This document shows, one piece after another, positions 1 to 8,909 of a stretch of 8,909 nt of DNA. The notes below the pieces were generated by a model, which searched no databases, had not been told where the DNA came from, and saw only the letters and a program-made list of their open reading frames with translations. Within the stretch, counting starts at the first letter, position 1, and every line of letters starts with the position of its first letter. A program made the position numbers and the translations under genes. The stretch comes from Tubiluchus corallicola. Its lineage: Eukaryota; Animalia; Priapulida. Location of the stretch: contig JAQGDQ010002206.1 in the NCBI GenBank assembly GCA_030141605.1, forward strand, positions 1 through 8,909. The letters are read 5' to 3'.

Positions 1-126
1 AAAACTAAATTACAAAAGGCAACCTTGGAAGTCGTTGCATTCAAGCATTGCAATCGGGGGGTAAAGATCACCTCGTCAGAAGACTTGAACCTTTGTTTAT
101 ACAAGAAATCAGTTTCCGCTTGTCTA
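1..126 (+). CDS. Penultimate exon (5' end outside window) of an S1A chymotrypsin-family serine protease
   Basis: Frame 1 reads KTKLQKATLEVVAFKHCNRGVKITSSEDLNLCLYKKSVSACL, matching the S1A 'LQKA.l.vv...C168...lC182...saC191' segment. It ends at a canonical GTAAGT donor (127-132), phase 0. Not in the supplied ORF track. Confidence 0.9.
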
Positions 127-235
127 GTAAGTATTAAGTTTTATGTATAAGAGCAACAGGTAAGAAAACCTTCAGATTATTAATTATTAGATTAGTATCA
201 AATATAGTAATTCAGTTTTATGTTTTTTTCTTTAT

Positions 236-314
236 TATATATGTATATAGACATTATATACAGACAGCATTTAATATATATAAATAAATATATGTATACT
301 GTCTGTATATAATG

Positions 315-370
<56 letters not shown>

Positions 371-461
371 GACATTATATACAGACAGTATACATATATA
401 TTTATGTGTATATATATATATATATATATAGACAGTATATACAGACAGATATATACAGACA

Positions 462-513
<52 letters not shown>
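236..513. repeat. Compound microsatellite: (TC)n, several (TA)n tracts and interspersed TATATACAGACAG motifs
   Basis: (TC) run ~315-336; (TA) runs ~337-364, ~409-430 and ~463-512; recurrent ACAGACAG motif in both orientations. Confidence 0.95.
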
Positions 514-516
<3 letters not shown>

Positions 517-1022
517 TATATTGGAAAGTGAATAATGTGAGCCTTACATGTAAAAAGTTTTTTTTGGAAAACTGGTTCAATAAATCTGTGTGTAGCACTA
601 AAAATGTTCATATACATAAACTTACGGGAAAAATTTTCGTAATGACAATTACTGCATCCATTTATTTACTCTCCCGTTTATCCGAACTGATTGCTTAGTT
701 TTACACATTGATTAAGCCATTTAAGCATTCTGTGCAATTCTCAGGCAATGTACAAAACACCTAGCTAAGTTCGATTGAACACGAATTATGTTCATTTTAC
801 ACTTTGCCAAAGTCACTTTACAGATTTTGTACGCTGTTGTCAAGAAAACATGTTGCTTCAGATTGAAGCGTAATCCTCATCCGTAGTTCTTCCCTCTTTC
901 CAAAGCAGCAAGTTCCTCTTTAGATGCTCACAAAGCAACACCATTTCATTTTAAATACAAAGTAAAAATTAATACATATACTAATGCGTATGTAATATTA
1001 TATTGACCACTGTAGTGTTAGC

Positions 1023-1995
1023 TACAATGCACCAAGTTTTCATGCATACGTAGGAAAACTGTGTTTAGTCTCAGAAGTAGGCTGTTTTTGAGTCAGAATA
1101 CTGTTATTAATAACTTGCTGTACAATACTGATGCAATTTTTAGATACAATGTACCAAGTTTTTCCTAGCATTCGTAGGAAAGCTGTGTTTATTCTCAGAA
1201 GTAGGTTGTTTCTGAGTCAGAATACTGTCATTAATAACTTGCTGTACAATACTGATGCAATTTTTAGACACAAAGTGCCTGCATTCGCAGGAAAGCTGTG
1301 TTTATTCTCAGAAGTAGGCTGTTTTTGAGTCAGATTACTGTCATTAATAACTTACTGTACAATACTGATACTATTTTTAGATACAATGTACCAAGTTTTT
1401 CATGCATACGTAGGAAAGCTGTGTTTATTCTCAGAAGTAGGCTGTTTCTGAGTCAGAATATTGTTATTAATAACTTACTGTACAATACTGATACTATTTT
1501 TAGATACAATGTACCAAGTTTTTCATGCATACGTACGAAAGCTGTGTTTATTCTCAGAAGTAGATTGTTTCTGAGTCAGAATATTGTTATTAATAACTTG
1601 CTGTACAATACTGATACTATTTTTAGATACAATGTACCAAGTTTTTCATGCATACGTAGGAAAGCTGTGTTTAGTCTCAGAAGTAGGCTGTTTTTGAGTC
1701 AGAATATTGTTATTAATAACTTGCTGTACAATACTGATGCAATTTTTAGCTACAGTGTCAAAGTTTTTCCTATATACGTAGGAAAGCTGTGTTTAGTCTC
1801 AGAAGTAGGCGGTTTTTGAGTCAGAATACTGTCATTAATAGCTTGCTGTACAATACTGATGCAATTTTTAGATACAATGTACCAAGTTTTCATGCATACG
1901 TAGGAAAACTGTGTTTAGTCTCAGAAGTAGGCTGTTTTTGAGTCAGAATACTGTCATTAATAACTTGCTGTACAATACTGATACAATTTTTAGAT
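1023..1995. repeat. Intronic tandem repeat, ~123-bp unit, 8 copies
   Basis: Unit starts (TACAATGTACC-like) at 1023, 1145, 1269, 1382, 1505, 1628, 1751 and 1873. Copy 3 has a ~10-bp deletion. Confidence 0.97.
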
Positions 1996-2155
1996 CGAAC
2001 ATTTTTAAGTCGTGACAAAGAATTTTATTTACCCATTTTAACTAACCCTTTCTTGTATATAAGCTTACTATGTTTCTGTAAACTAACTCTGTGTTTTTAC
2101 TTGTGCCTTATTTTTATTCGACTGTAAATTTCTGAAATAAAATAAAAATAATAAA

Positions 2156-2276
<121 letters not shown>

Positions 2277-2427
2277 TTAAATAGCATCTCGGATTCAAAG
2301 TCTCTAAGCAATTAATACAAAACTTTCATTGTGCCGATATTCACAAGGTTTCTATAGTAACTGATGCAAATATTTGAACGAAAAGTAAAACTAGGGTTAA
2401 TGTCGGTTTCATCATGAAATTTTACAG

Positions 2428-2694
2428 GGTGATTCTGGTGGTCCAGTACTAAATGCTGCAGGTGAACTAATTGGAGTGATTTCCCTCGTGGGTGAGTTCT
2501 GCACAGCTGGTACTATAGCTGTTAAAGTTAGTCCGTACCTTGACTGGATTGACGACGAAATGTTCTATGCGGAAAGCTATTTTTTAAAACCCACAGATGC
2601 GGAAGAATCTGCACATAACATCGTGTCTTCTGGACACGAGATTTCTGCGATAAAAGCTTTTGTGTTAATGCTATTTTATTTACCGTTGCATTAA
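2428..2694 (+). CDS. Terminal exon of the S1A serine protease with catalytic Ser motif and hydrophobic C-terminal extension
   Basis: Reads GDSGGPVLNAAGELIGVISLVGEFCTAGTIAVKVSPYLDWIDDEMF...AFVLMLFYLPLH*. Shows GDSGGP, GVIS, C220 and KVSPYLDWI motifs. In frame with ORF 2476..2694; stop TAA at 2692-2694. Confidence 0.93.
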   Translation, partial: GDSGGPVLNAAGELIGVISLVGEFCTAGTIAVKVSPYLDWIDDEMFYAESYFLKPTDAEESAHNIVSSGHEISAIKAFVLMLFYLPLH

Positions 2695-2890
2695 AGATTT
2701 CTCTAGATTTCTCTTGAATTTCGCTAGCAAAAGTTCGTGTATTAAAGCACTTTTGTCTGCATTAGAAATAATCTTCTTGTGATATTAGACTATATTAGAT
2801 TATTTTACTGACTAATTGTTACAATTATACGGGGTGAAATGGATGCAAAACACCAGTTTGTGTTCCTCCAAAAAAGTTTCTTTATTCTGT

Positions 2891-2896
2891 AATAAA
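2891..2896 (+). terminator. Candidate polyadenylation signal of the protease gene
   Basis: First AATAAA after the stop codon (~200 bp downstream). An ATTAAA variant lies at 2741-2746. AT-rich context makes this weak. Confidence 0.35.
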
Positions 2897-3664
2897 TACA
2901 ATGATTTGAAAGAGCAAATTTTAACAGGAGAAAATGAAACGAACGTTTGAGCAATCAGGTTAGATACAACACAATATGAGATCTACAAGATACCATAAAG
3001 GTATTACAGGAACACGCCGCAACAGCTATTGCTCACAAAAACTACATGGATCAAGTTTTAGCTGCAACATCAAATAAATACTTCACAAGTATTGAAATAC
3101 AAGCTGAAAAACAAAACTGCCACTGCAATGAAATTAATTAATAATGACTTACGTTGTTAGAGCCTTTAGCAATTACACAGACGGAATGAGAACTCCAAGG
3201 AATCAACAACAACGTTGTCACTACAATAAACTCGTAAGAGAGTTACAGACATAATGTTCAGACACAACACAAGAGCAATGGCCGAGAGAATCAAAAGCCG
3301 GGTAAAATGTCAGACAACTACTATAGCTAGAGCGAAAGATCAAAAAGCGAATATATTCAAGGATATTAGGTGCTTCAATTTTAAAAGAGTGACTACAGTA
3401 AAAGGCAAAAGTCTACTAAATAAACAAACAGGTGGCAGCACCGTGGCAGTAACTAAATAAAGACCAAAAGGGCCTATGCACCCGCTACACGGGGTATAAG
3501 TGCTGTCAGTTCTTGTTGTGGGTAAGGTGCAAGACTTGTATGGACTTGGCCATATATTATTAGTTCTATTGCCGTTAGGAATGATGCCGCCGAGAATGAT
3601 GCAGTCGTTATGGCTATGAACCCTAGATTACACAATTGTACAGAAACATACGTTATAACTGTAC

Positions 3665-3932
3665 TGTAGCAGACTTAGCTTTTTTTGTTAATCTTACTTA
3701 TCGTGCACGAGGCGCCATCTGTGACGAGAATGTAAAGCTTTTGGTTTTGGCCAGTTTTTCTGTTTGTTACCTGCCTGTCACCTGTCTGTTATTACACACC
3801 TGTGCTCTGAACAGTCAGGTTAATCCACTTTATGGGAGCTGTTGGACATTTATGTTATATTGGACATACTGATTATGTTAATAAAGCATTCAGTGGTATT
3901 AACCTATGTTTATAGTGTTTTCTGTGACTACA
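3665..3932 (+). mobile_element. Probable solo LTR of an LTR retrotransposon (268 bp)
   Basis: Starts TGTAG and ends CTACA (TG...CA with short terminal inverted repeat). Flanked by identical 5-mer TGTAC at 3660-3664 and 3933-3937. AATAAA at 3880-3885, about 47 bp before the 3' end. Confidence 0.75.
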
Positions 3933-4640
3933 TGTACATTTGCTATATATACAGAGAATAACATATGTTTAGTTATTAATCCTTGAGTAAATGCTCTTTC
4001 TTTTTTTAATACTGGGGTATACAACATAATTATGTGCAAGTATAAATTTTATTGAAAGTTGAAACTATGTTATTGGTCTAATAATAGATCAAATTTAGGC
4101 TCATAGAGCTACACTTAGTTTAGAATAAATATTACAGATTTATATATAAGCTGAGTATTAGTTGCTTACAAAAATGTTTTTAAAAAATTTGGTATAAAAA
4201 GCGTACATTCTTACACAATTAATACTGGGAAGTCGAACGTGTGCAGTTCATCACAAACTAACACATCTGAACTGAGAGGTACAGCACCTGTTTTTATGCA
4301 ATGCGTTTCTGAAATGCAGGCACTAGTGCGCGTCTAATTAGTGAATGGTGAAATGCACGTAACAGCGAAGAACTAGTGGTGCGAATGTGAAATTATGTTT
4401 CAATGGAAATAATTCATTCACGTAAGTCATTTTTGGAAAAAAGTAGTATGTTTATTTTCAATATTTAAAAGTGTAAATTGTTTTGACTCACAATTTCAAT
4501 TGGGTCCGGTTTTGCTTTAAACTCCGCTCTTCTAAAGAAGGCAGGCAATTTTCAAAATAAGTACAATTCCAAGGTAATTCGGTTTTTTCAGCGGTTATTG
4601 GGAGCCATTTCTAAGTTCCATGTGTTTAAATGCAAAAACT

Positions 4641-5200
4641 GGGAATACCCAGAATGAAATCGACTACGTCTGTATCAGCAAGAGATGGATATCAGCACTG
4701 AAATAAGTGAAAGTGTGCCGTGGAGCTGATGTGGAGCTGCCGTGGAGCTGATGTGGGTTCAAGGAAAAATCCAGCTCAAACTGAAAAAGATACAGAAGCC
4801 AAAACTCGCCAAACCTTTTGCGGTTGAAAAATTAAAAGACCAACAAAAAGCAAGGAGGTTTGAACTTGCACTTAGCAACAGATTTGAACCACTACTACAA
4901 GCCAGCAAAATTGAGGAACAATGGAAAATATTCAAGGAAGCAGTAACAACAGTTGTAGATAAACAGCTTGGCAGAAGAAGGGGTAACAGGAAACAAATGT
5001 AGATGCAGGAAAAAACTTGGGAATTAATAGATGAAAGAGGATGAAGCAAGAGAGAGACCTAGCAAAAACACTAGAAAGCAAGAGCCAAGCCAATGAGCAG
5101 TACCAACTGGGAGATAGAGCAGGGAAAGGAAGTTTCAGAAGGGACAAGAAAGAATGGTTTGACTTATGGAAAGACTGGAAAGACCTATGTAACCAGAAAA
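4641..5200 (+). mobile_element. Degenerate RTE-type non-LTR retrotransposon ORF fragment (endonuclease C-terminus plus linker)
   Basis: Across stops and frameshifts: GNTQNEIDYVCISKRWISALK*VKVCRGADV; KIQLKLKK..FAVEKLKD..FELALSNRFEPL..IEEQWKIFKEAV..LGRRR; TWELIDER; Y...DR..K.SFRRDKKEW. These match RTE motifs (NqIDy, rgADvgSDH, L.NRF..L, RrDk..w). Confidence 0.88.
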
Positions 5201-7439
5201 TAAAATCATGAATTATTTAAAATGCTTTCACCAATTGGTAAAATGTTGCTGGCTCACCCTCCAGGGTGCACCACTCACTAACCAAAAAACGTATTTTTAA
5301 TCTTACTGACAAGATACAGTAATTTAAGATTTTACTTAGTTAGTGACGTGTGCACAATGAATTCTCTGATTATTTTTTCAAACTTTACTCAGTGTTTATG
5401 TAAACTTGTTTCAAATGGCTTATCGTCAAAATGGCTGCGTCTAACAGCCATCGCGGGAGCTTAAATTACAAGTTTTATACAGTGTTGCTGACGACGCAAG
5501 TCCTGTATGCAAAAAGGCATTACGCGAGGGATACAAAATTTCAAGAGAAATTTTTTAAGCTTTATGTAAGTGGGGAGTTTTCTTGTGCTTTAAATATCAT
5601 TTAAATGTTCATTTGATATTTTTATTACAAAATGATCTTGATTTAGTAACACGTTCCCCCGTACAGCTTTAAGCACTTCAAAAGCCAATAAAGGTTAAAT
5701 AAGTCAGTCGCCTTACACACCACAAACAGTTACCATCATAAAGTATTTCGTTTAAATAAATGCCTGTAAGGGCAGTATACGACTATAAACACGTATACGA
5801 TTATGAATGTATGAAAAGTCAGGAGCTACTCATTTGATATACTCATTCCTACTTATCTAGCAAATATTGTTTATAAAATATATTATCAAGAGCATTTGGA
5901 GACAACAGAAGTATCTTTTGTTATTTTTGTCTAGACGACGGTAACGCGTCATGTGTGCTGTGACGTTATCAGTGACACGTCATCGCCCTCACGCAAATGT
6001 GGTTGATGGGCCATGGAAGACGCTTGCCATTGCACAAACTGTGGTTAGTTTCTGACGTAAGCAATAGATGTGCTCGGTTGCCGTTAATTAACTTTCTAAG
6101 CTAATTATTCAAATAGAAGAAACAACTGCTAACTTTCATATGCAAGAAAATGTATATTTTGGACAGTAAATAAAAATGAGATTGAGTCTAAACAATCGTC
6201 CGGTTTTCCTCTAAAGAACAGAGTTCCAAAACATAGTGAAAGCCCCAGACAGAGAACTATAATCTAGAACTATAATTATTAAATAAAATTTAGTTTAGCA
6301 CATTACCTCAGAAATTTTCTTCCAATCAATTCAATTAGTTTCAATCATTCATTTTCGATTATTTACAAGGTCTTCAGTAAGTCATTCGCTAAGCTATTCG
6401 TTAGTCTATTTCCAATTCCCTATTCTTTCTTCACACATTCATTTCCTATTCACACGTTCATTTATTTAATCAATCGATGCATTATGGAGACGTACGATGT
6501 AAGCAAATATGTATCATTTATATTAATTTGATTGAACTGATCACCTTGAACATTTAGTTTACTTAATGACAATCTTACAATTTGATAGAACGTGTTACAT
6601 AGTATAAATTAGGTTTACTTAATGTTTGTGTTTAGTAGGGTCTAGAACTACAGAATTTAATGCAAATTTGTAAAATGGCCTTTTTTATTTTTTTCTCAAT
6701 AGAAATGACGTATTAAACGCTACAATATTTTGTTGGAATATGGCGGACATTGATTGTAGTACAGTAACGTTAAAAGGTTTAGTCAATAAAATTATTAAAC
6801 GCTGGTGAATTGTCGAATTAATTTTAGGGTTTATTCTGCAACAAAATCATTAGCCAAAACAGAAAATAGAAACATAGATTACGCTGTAAAAGTAAACATG
6901 TACGCTGTATAATGCACATAAAATTTAATATTGAAAAAGAGTTTTAGCTATAGATATTTCATGCCTTTTGTTTTTCACACAACACGTGCGCTGTGGCATG
7001 GCAGCGGATTTTTTAAACTGCCAAAATCTAGTTGAAATATCGGAAAATACTGCTTGATCAAGTGTTAAATAAGACTTTAAGTTAATGAAAGAAGGAAATT
7101 TAATCTTAAAGAAGTCGCAGACAGACTATTTCGGCGAGATTGCTTAAATTTTCTCACTAAATCTGCAGCAATTGTGTATTCAGTGTGCACGACGATCGCT
7201 ACTGTAGCTGTGTCGGGTATTTACCCTAAACTTGAGACAACCTGTTAGACACCCTGTTATAAACGACGGAAGATATGATCTAATATTCAAGCAAAAATAG
7301 TTTACTGACTATATCCGTGAGATTGTTTAAATGCTACACTGAAATTGCTAGCCGTCCGCCATCCTAATAAGCTACGCCTATGTGAAATCAACCATCTTGA
7401 CTGGACCAGTCTCTCTAAAAGGTAAAATTCCGACTAGAA

Positions 7440-7920
7440 ATTTAGACACAATAAATTGAAATTTTTACCGAGTAACACCCAGAAGAGTAATACCAATGAA
7501 GCATTTAACATATTTTATGAAACTTTAAAAGGATTACAAACAAACACTTGCCATTAAAAACCCTATCTAGGAAACAAACAAGAACTTGCAAAAAACCATG
7601 GATAACACCAGGTTTGTTAAAATCCATAAAAATCAGAAGAAAACTGTACAAATCACACAAATTTTCTAATAGTTCGTATAACAAAATTACTATAAAACTT
7701 ATTCGAATATATTAAACCATACAAAGGATAAGCTAAGAAGCAATACTAAAAGAAATTGTTGCTAAATAGTAAAAATAACAGAAGAAAGATATGGACCACT
7801 ATTAACGATTTAGCTAATCGAAAAAATAAAGCTACCATTCTGCCCAATAAAATAAAAATTACCGATATTGAAACAAACAATGAAGCTGTTATATGTGAGA
7901 CCCTTAATAATCACTTCATT
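7440..7920 (+). mobile_element. Degenerate CR1/L2-group (Crack/Daphne-like) LINE ORF2 fragment, region between endonuclease and RT
   Basis: Across frameshifts: NEAFNIFYETL; NKHLPLKTLSRKQTRTCKKPWITPGLLKSIKIRRKLYK; YKTYSNILN..AKKQY*; SKNNRRKIWTTINDL; ICETLNNHF. KPWIT.GL.KSI, W..IN and I...lN.hF are typical of this group. Clade is approximate. Confidence 0.85.
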
Positions 7921-8007
7921 GTTTGTTTCAATACCGGTAATTTTTATTTTATTGGGCAGAATGGTAGCTTTGTTTTTGCGATTAGCTAAATCGTTAATAG
8001 TGGTCCA
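7792..8007. repeat. Long inverted repeat: 94-bp arms (7792-7885 and 7914-8007), 28-bp spacer
   Basis: Arms are reverse complements with 3 mismatches by manual count. The same peptide WTTINDLANRKNKATILPNKIKIT appears in both the + and - ORFs. Confidence 0.97.
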
Positions 8008-8027
8008 CAGTGGCGTCGTGCCATAGG
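8000..8027 (+). repeat. 28-bp direct repeat, copy 1
   Basis: GTGGTCCACAGTGGCGTCGTGCCATAGG, identical to 8813-8840. Confidence 0.95.
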
Positions 8028-8029
8028 CA

Positions 8030-8754
8030 ACTAGACAACATTGCAACACAAAATATGACCAGGACTAATCAACAGTGCAACACAAAATATGATTAGAACT
8101 AGTCAACATTGCAACACAAAATATGATCAGGACTAATCAACATTGCAACACAAAATATGATCAGAACTAGTCAACAGTGCAACACAAAATATGATCAGAA
8201 CTAGTCAACATTGCAACACAAAATATGATCAGGACTAATCAACATTGCAACACAAAATATGATTAGAACTAGACAACATTGCAACACAAAATATGATCAG
8301 GACTAATCAACAGTGCAACACAAAATATGATTAGAACTAGTCAACATTGCAACACAAAATATGATCAGGACTAGTCAACAGTGCAACACAAAATATGATT
8401 AGAACTAGTCAACATTGCAACACAAAATATGATCAGGACTAATCAACAGTGCAACACAAAATATGATTGGAACTAGTCAACAGTGCAACACAAAATATGA
8501 TCAGAACTAGTCAATATTGCAACACAAAATATGATCAGGACTAATCAACATTGCAACACAAAATATGATCAGGACTAATCAGCAGTGCAACAAAAAATAT
8601 GATCAGGACTAATCAACAGTGCAAAACAAAATATGATCAGGACTAATCAGCAGTGCAACACAAAATATGATCAGGACTAATCAGCAGTGCAAAACAAAAT
8701 ATGATCAGGACTAATCAGCAGTGCAACACAAAAAATGATCAGGATTAATCAGCA
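8030..8754. repeat. Minisatellite, 34-bp unit, 21 full copies plus a partial
   Basis: Consensus ACTARTCAACAKTGCAACACAAAATATGATYAGR. TGCAA recurs every 34 bp from 8042 to 8722, with no unique spacers. Confidence 0.98.
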
Positions 8755-8812
8755 AATATACAAGTGCACCATTTTTGTGATGCTTCCAACATCGCATACG
8801 GGACAACATCAT
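8755..8812 (+). mobile_element. Short fragment of BEL/Pao LTR retrotransposon pol (RNase H N-terminal motif)
   Basis: Reads NIQVHHFCDASNIAYGTTS, matching the BEL/Pao consensus qLHhFcDAS..aYG.v.Y. Confidence 0.75.
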
Positions 8813-8840
8813 GTGGTCCACAGTGGCGTCGTGCCATAGG
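8813..8840 (+). repeat. 28-bp direct repeat, copy 2
   Basis: Identical to 8000-8027. Confidence 0.95.
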
Positions 8841-8909
8841 GGCCCGGCCCCCCCTATTTTTTTTAGAAAATGTCAAAAATTTGAAGGGCGTCAGCGACTC
8901 GTAATGAGA
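8821..8909. mobile_element. Probable terminus of a hAT-like non-autonomous DNA transposon (runs off window)
   Basis: CAGTGGCG start followed by GC-rich GGGGCCCGGCCCCCCC and a T-run, a pattern common at animal hAT/MITE ends. The other terminus is not in the window. Confidence 0.5.

Noticed and set aside
254-617. Minus-strand YI-repeat ORFs
   Set aside because: Translations of (TA)n and (TC)n microsatellites.
1131-1819. ORFs of 65 and 173 aa with 41-aa repeats
   Set aside because: They result from a 123-bp (3n) unit inside an intron; frames break in the other copies.
3636-3872. 78-aa ORF
   Set aside because: Non-ATG start, no recognisable domain, and it crosses the solo-LTR boundary.
4759-5147. 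Two hydrophobic minus-strand ORFs
   Set aside because: Antisense shadows of the A-rich RTE fragment.
5400-5672. Possible TTAA-flanked DNA transposon end (...CCCCCGTACAGCTTTAA) with AAAATGGC motif
   Set aside because: No partner terminal inverted repeat found in the window; cannot be supported without a repeat library.
6253-6277. Short tandem duplication of AGAACTATAAT
   Set aside because: Ordinary micro-duplication in AT-rich DNA.
6990-7420. Relatively GC-richer tract with short open frames and a possible element end (CCAGTCTCTCTA)
   Set aside because: No clear protein motif, matching terminus or TSD.
7756-8049. Pair of similar ORFs on opposite strands
   Set aside because: Explained by the inverted duplication of LINE sequence; not a gene pair.
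8030-8754. CRISPR array (34-bp repeats)
   Set aside because: Units are head-to-tail with no unique spacers, there are no cas genes, and the context is eukaryotic.

Overview
AT-rich eukaryotic (probably invertebrate animal) genomic DNA, not prokaryotic. The left third holds the last two visible coding exons of an S1A (chymotrypsin-fold) serine protease gene on the + strand: 1-126 and 2428-2694, spliced to give SACL|GDSGGP. The protease has an elastase-like S1 pocket (Ser189/Val216/Thr226) and a possible GPI-anchor tail. Its 2.3-kb intron carries compound microsatellites with a direct-inverted-direct rearrangement, eight copies of a ~123-bp repeat and (AAT)40. The rest is intergenic with transposon debris: a probable solo LTR with a 5-bp TSD (3665-3932), an RTE-type LINE fragment and a CR1/L2-group LINE fragment ending in a 94-bp foldback. 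The right end is a composite in which a 34-bp x21 tandem array and a BEL/Pao RNase H fragment lie between perfect 28-bp direct repeats that include a hAT-like terminus. Most listed ORFs are repeat artefacts. I see no convincing new biological system; the protease and the right-end composite are the most interesting items.
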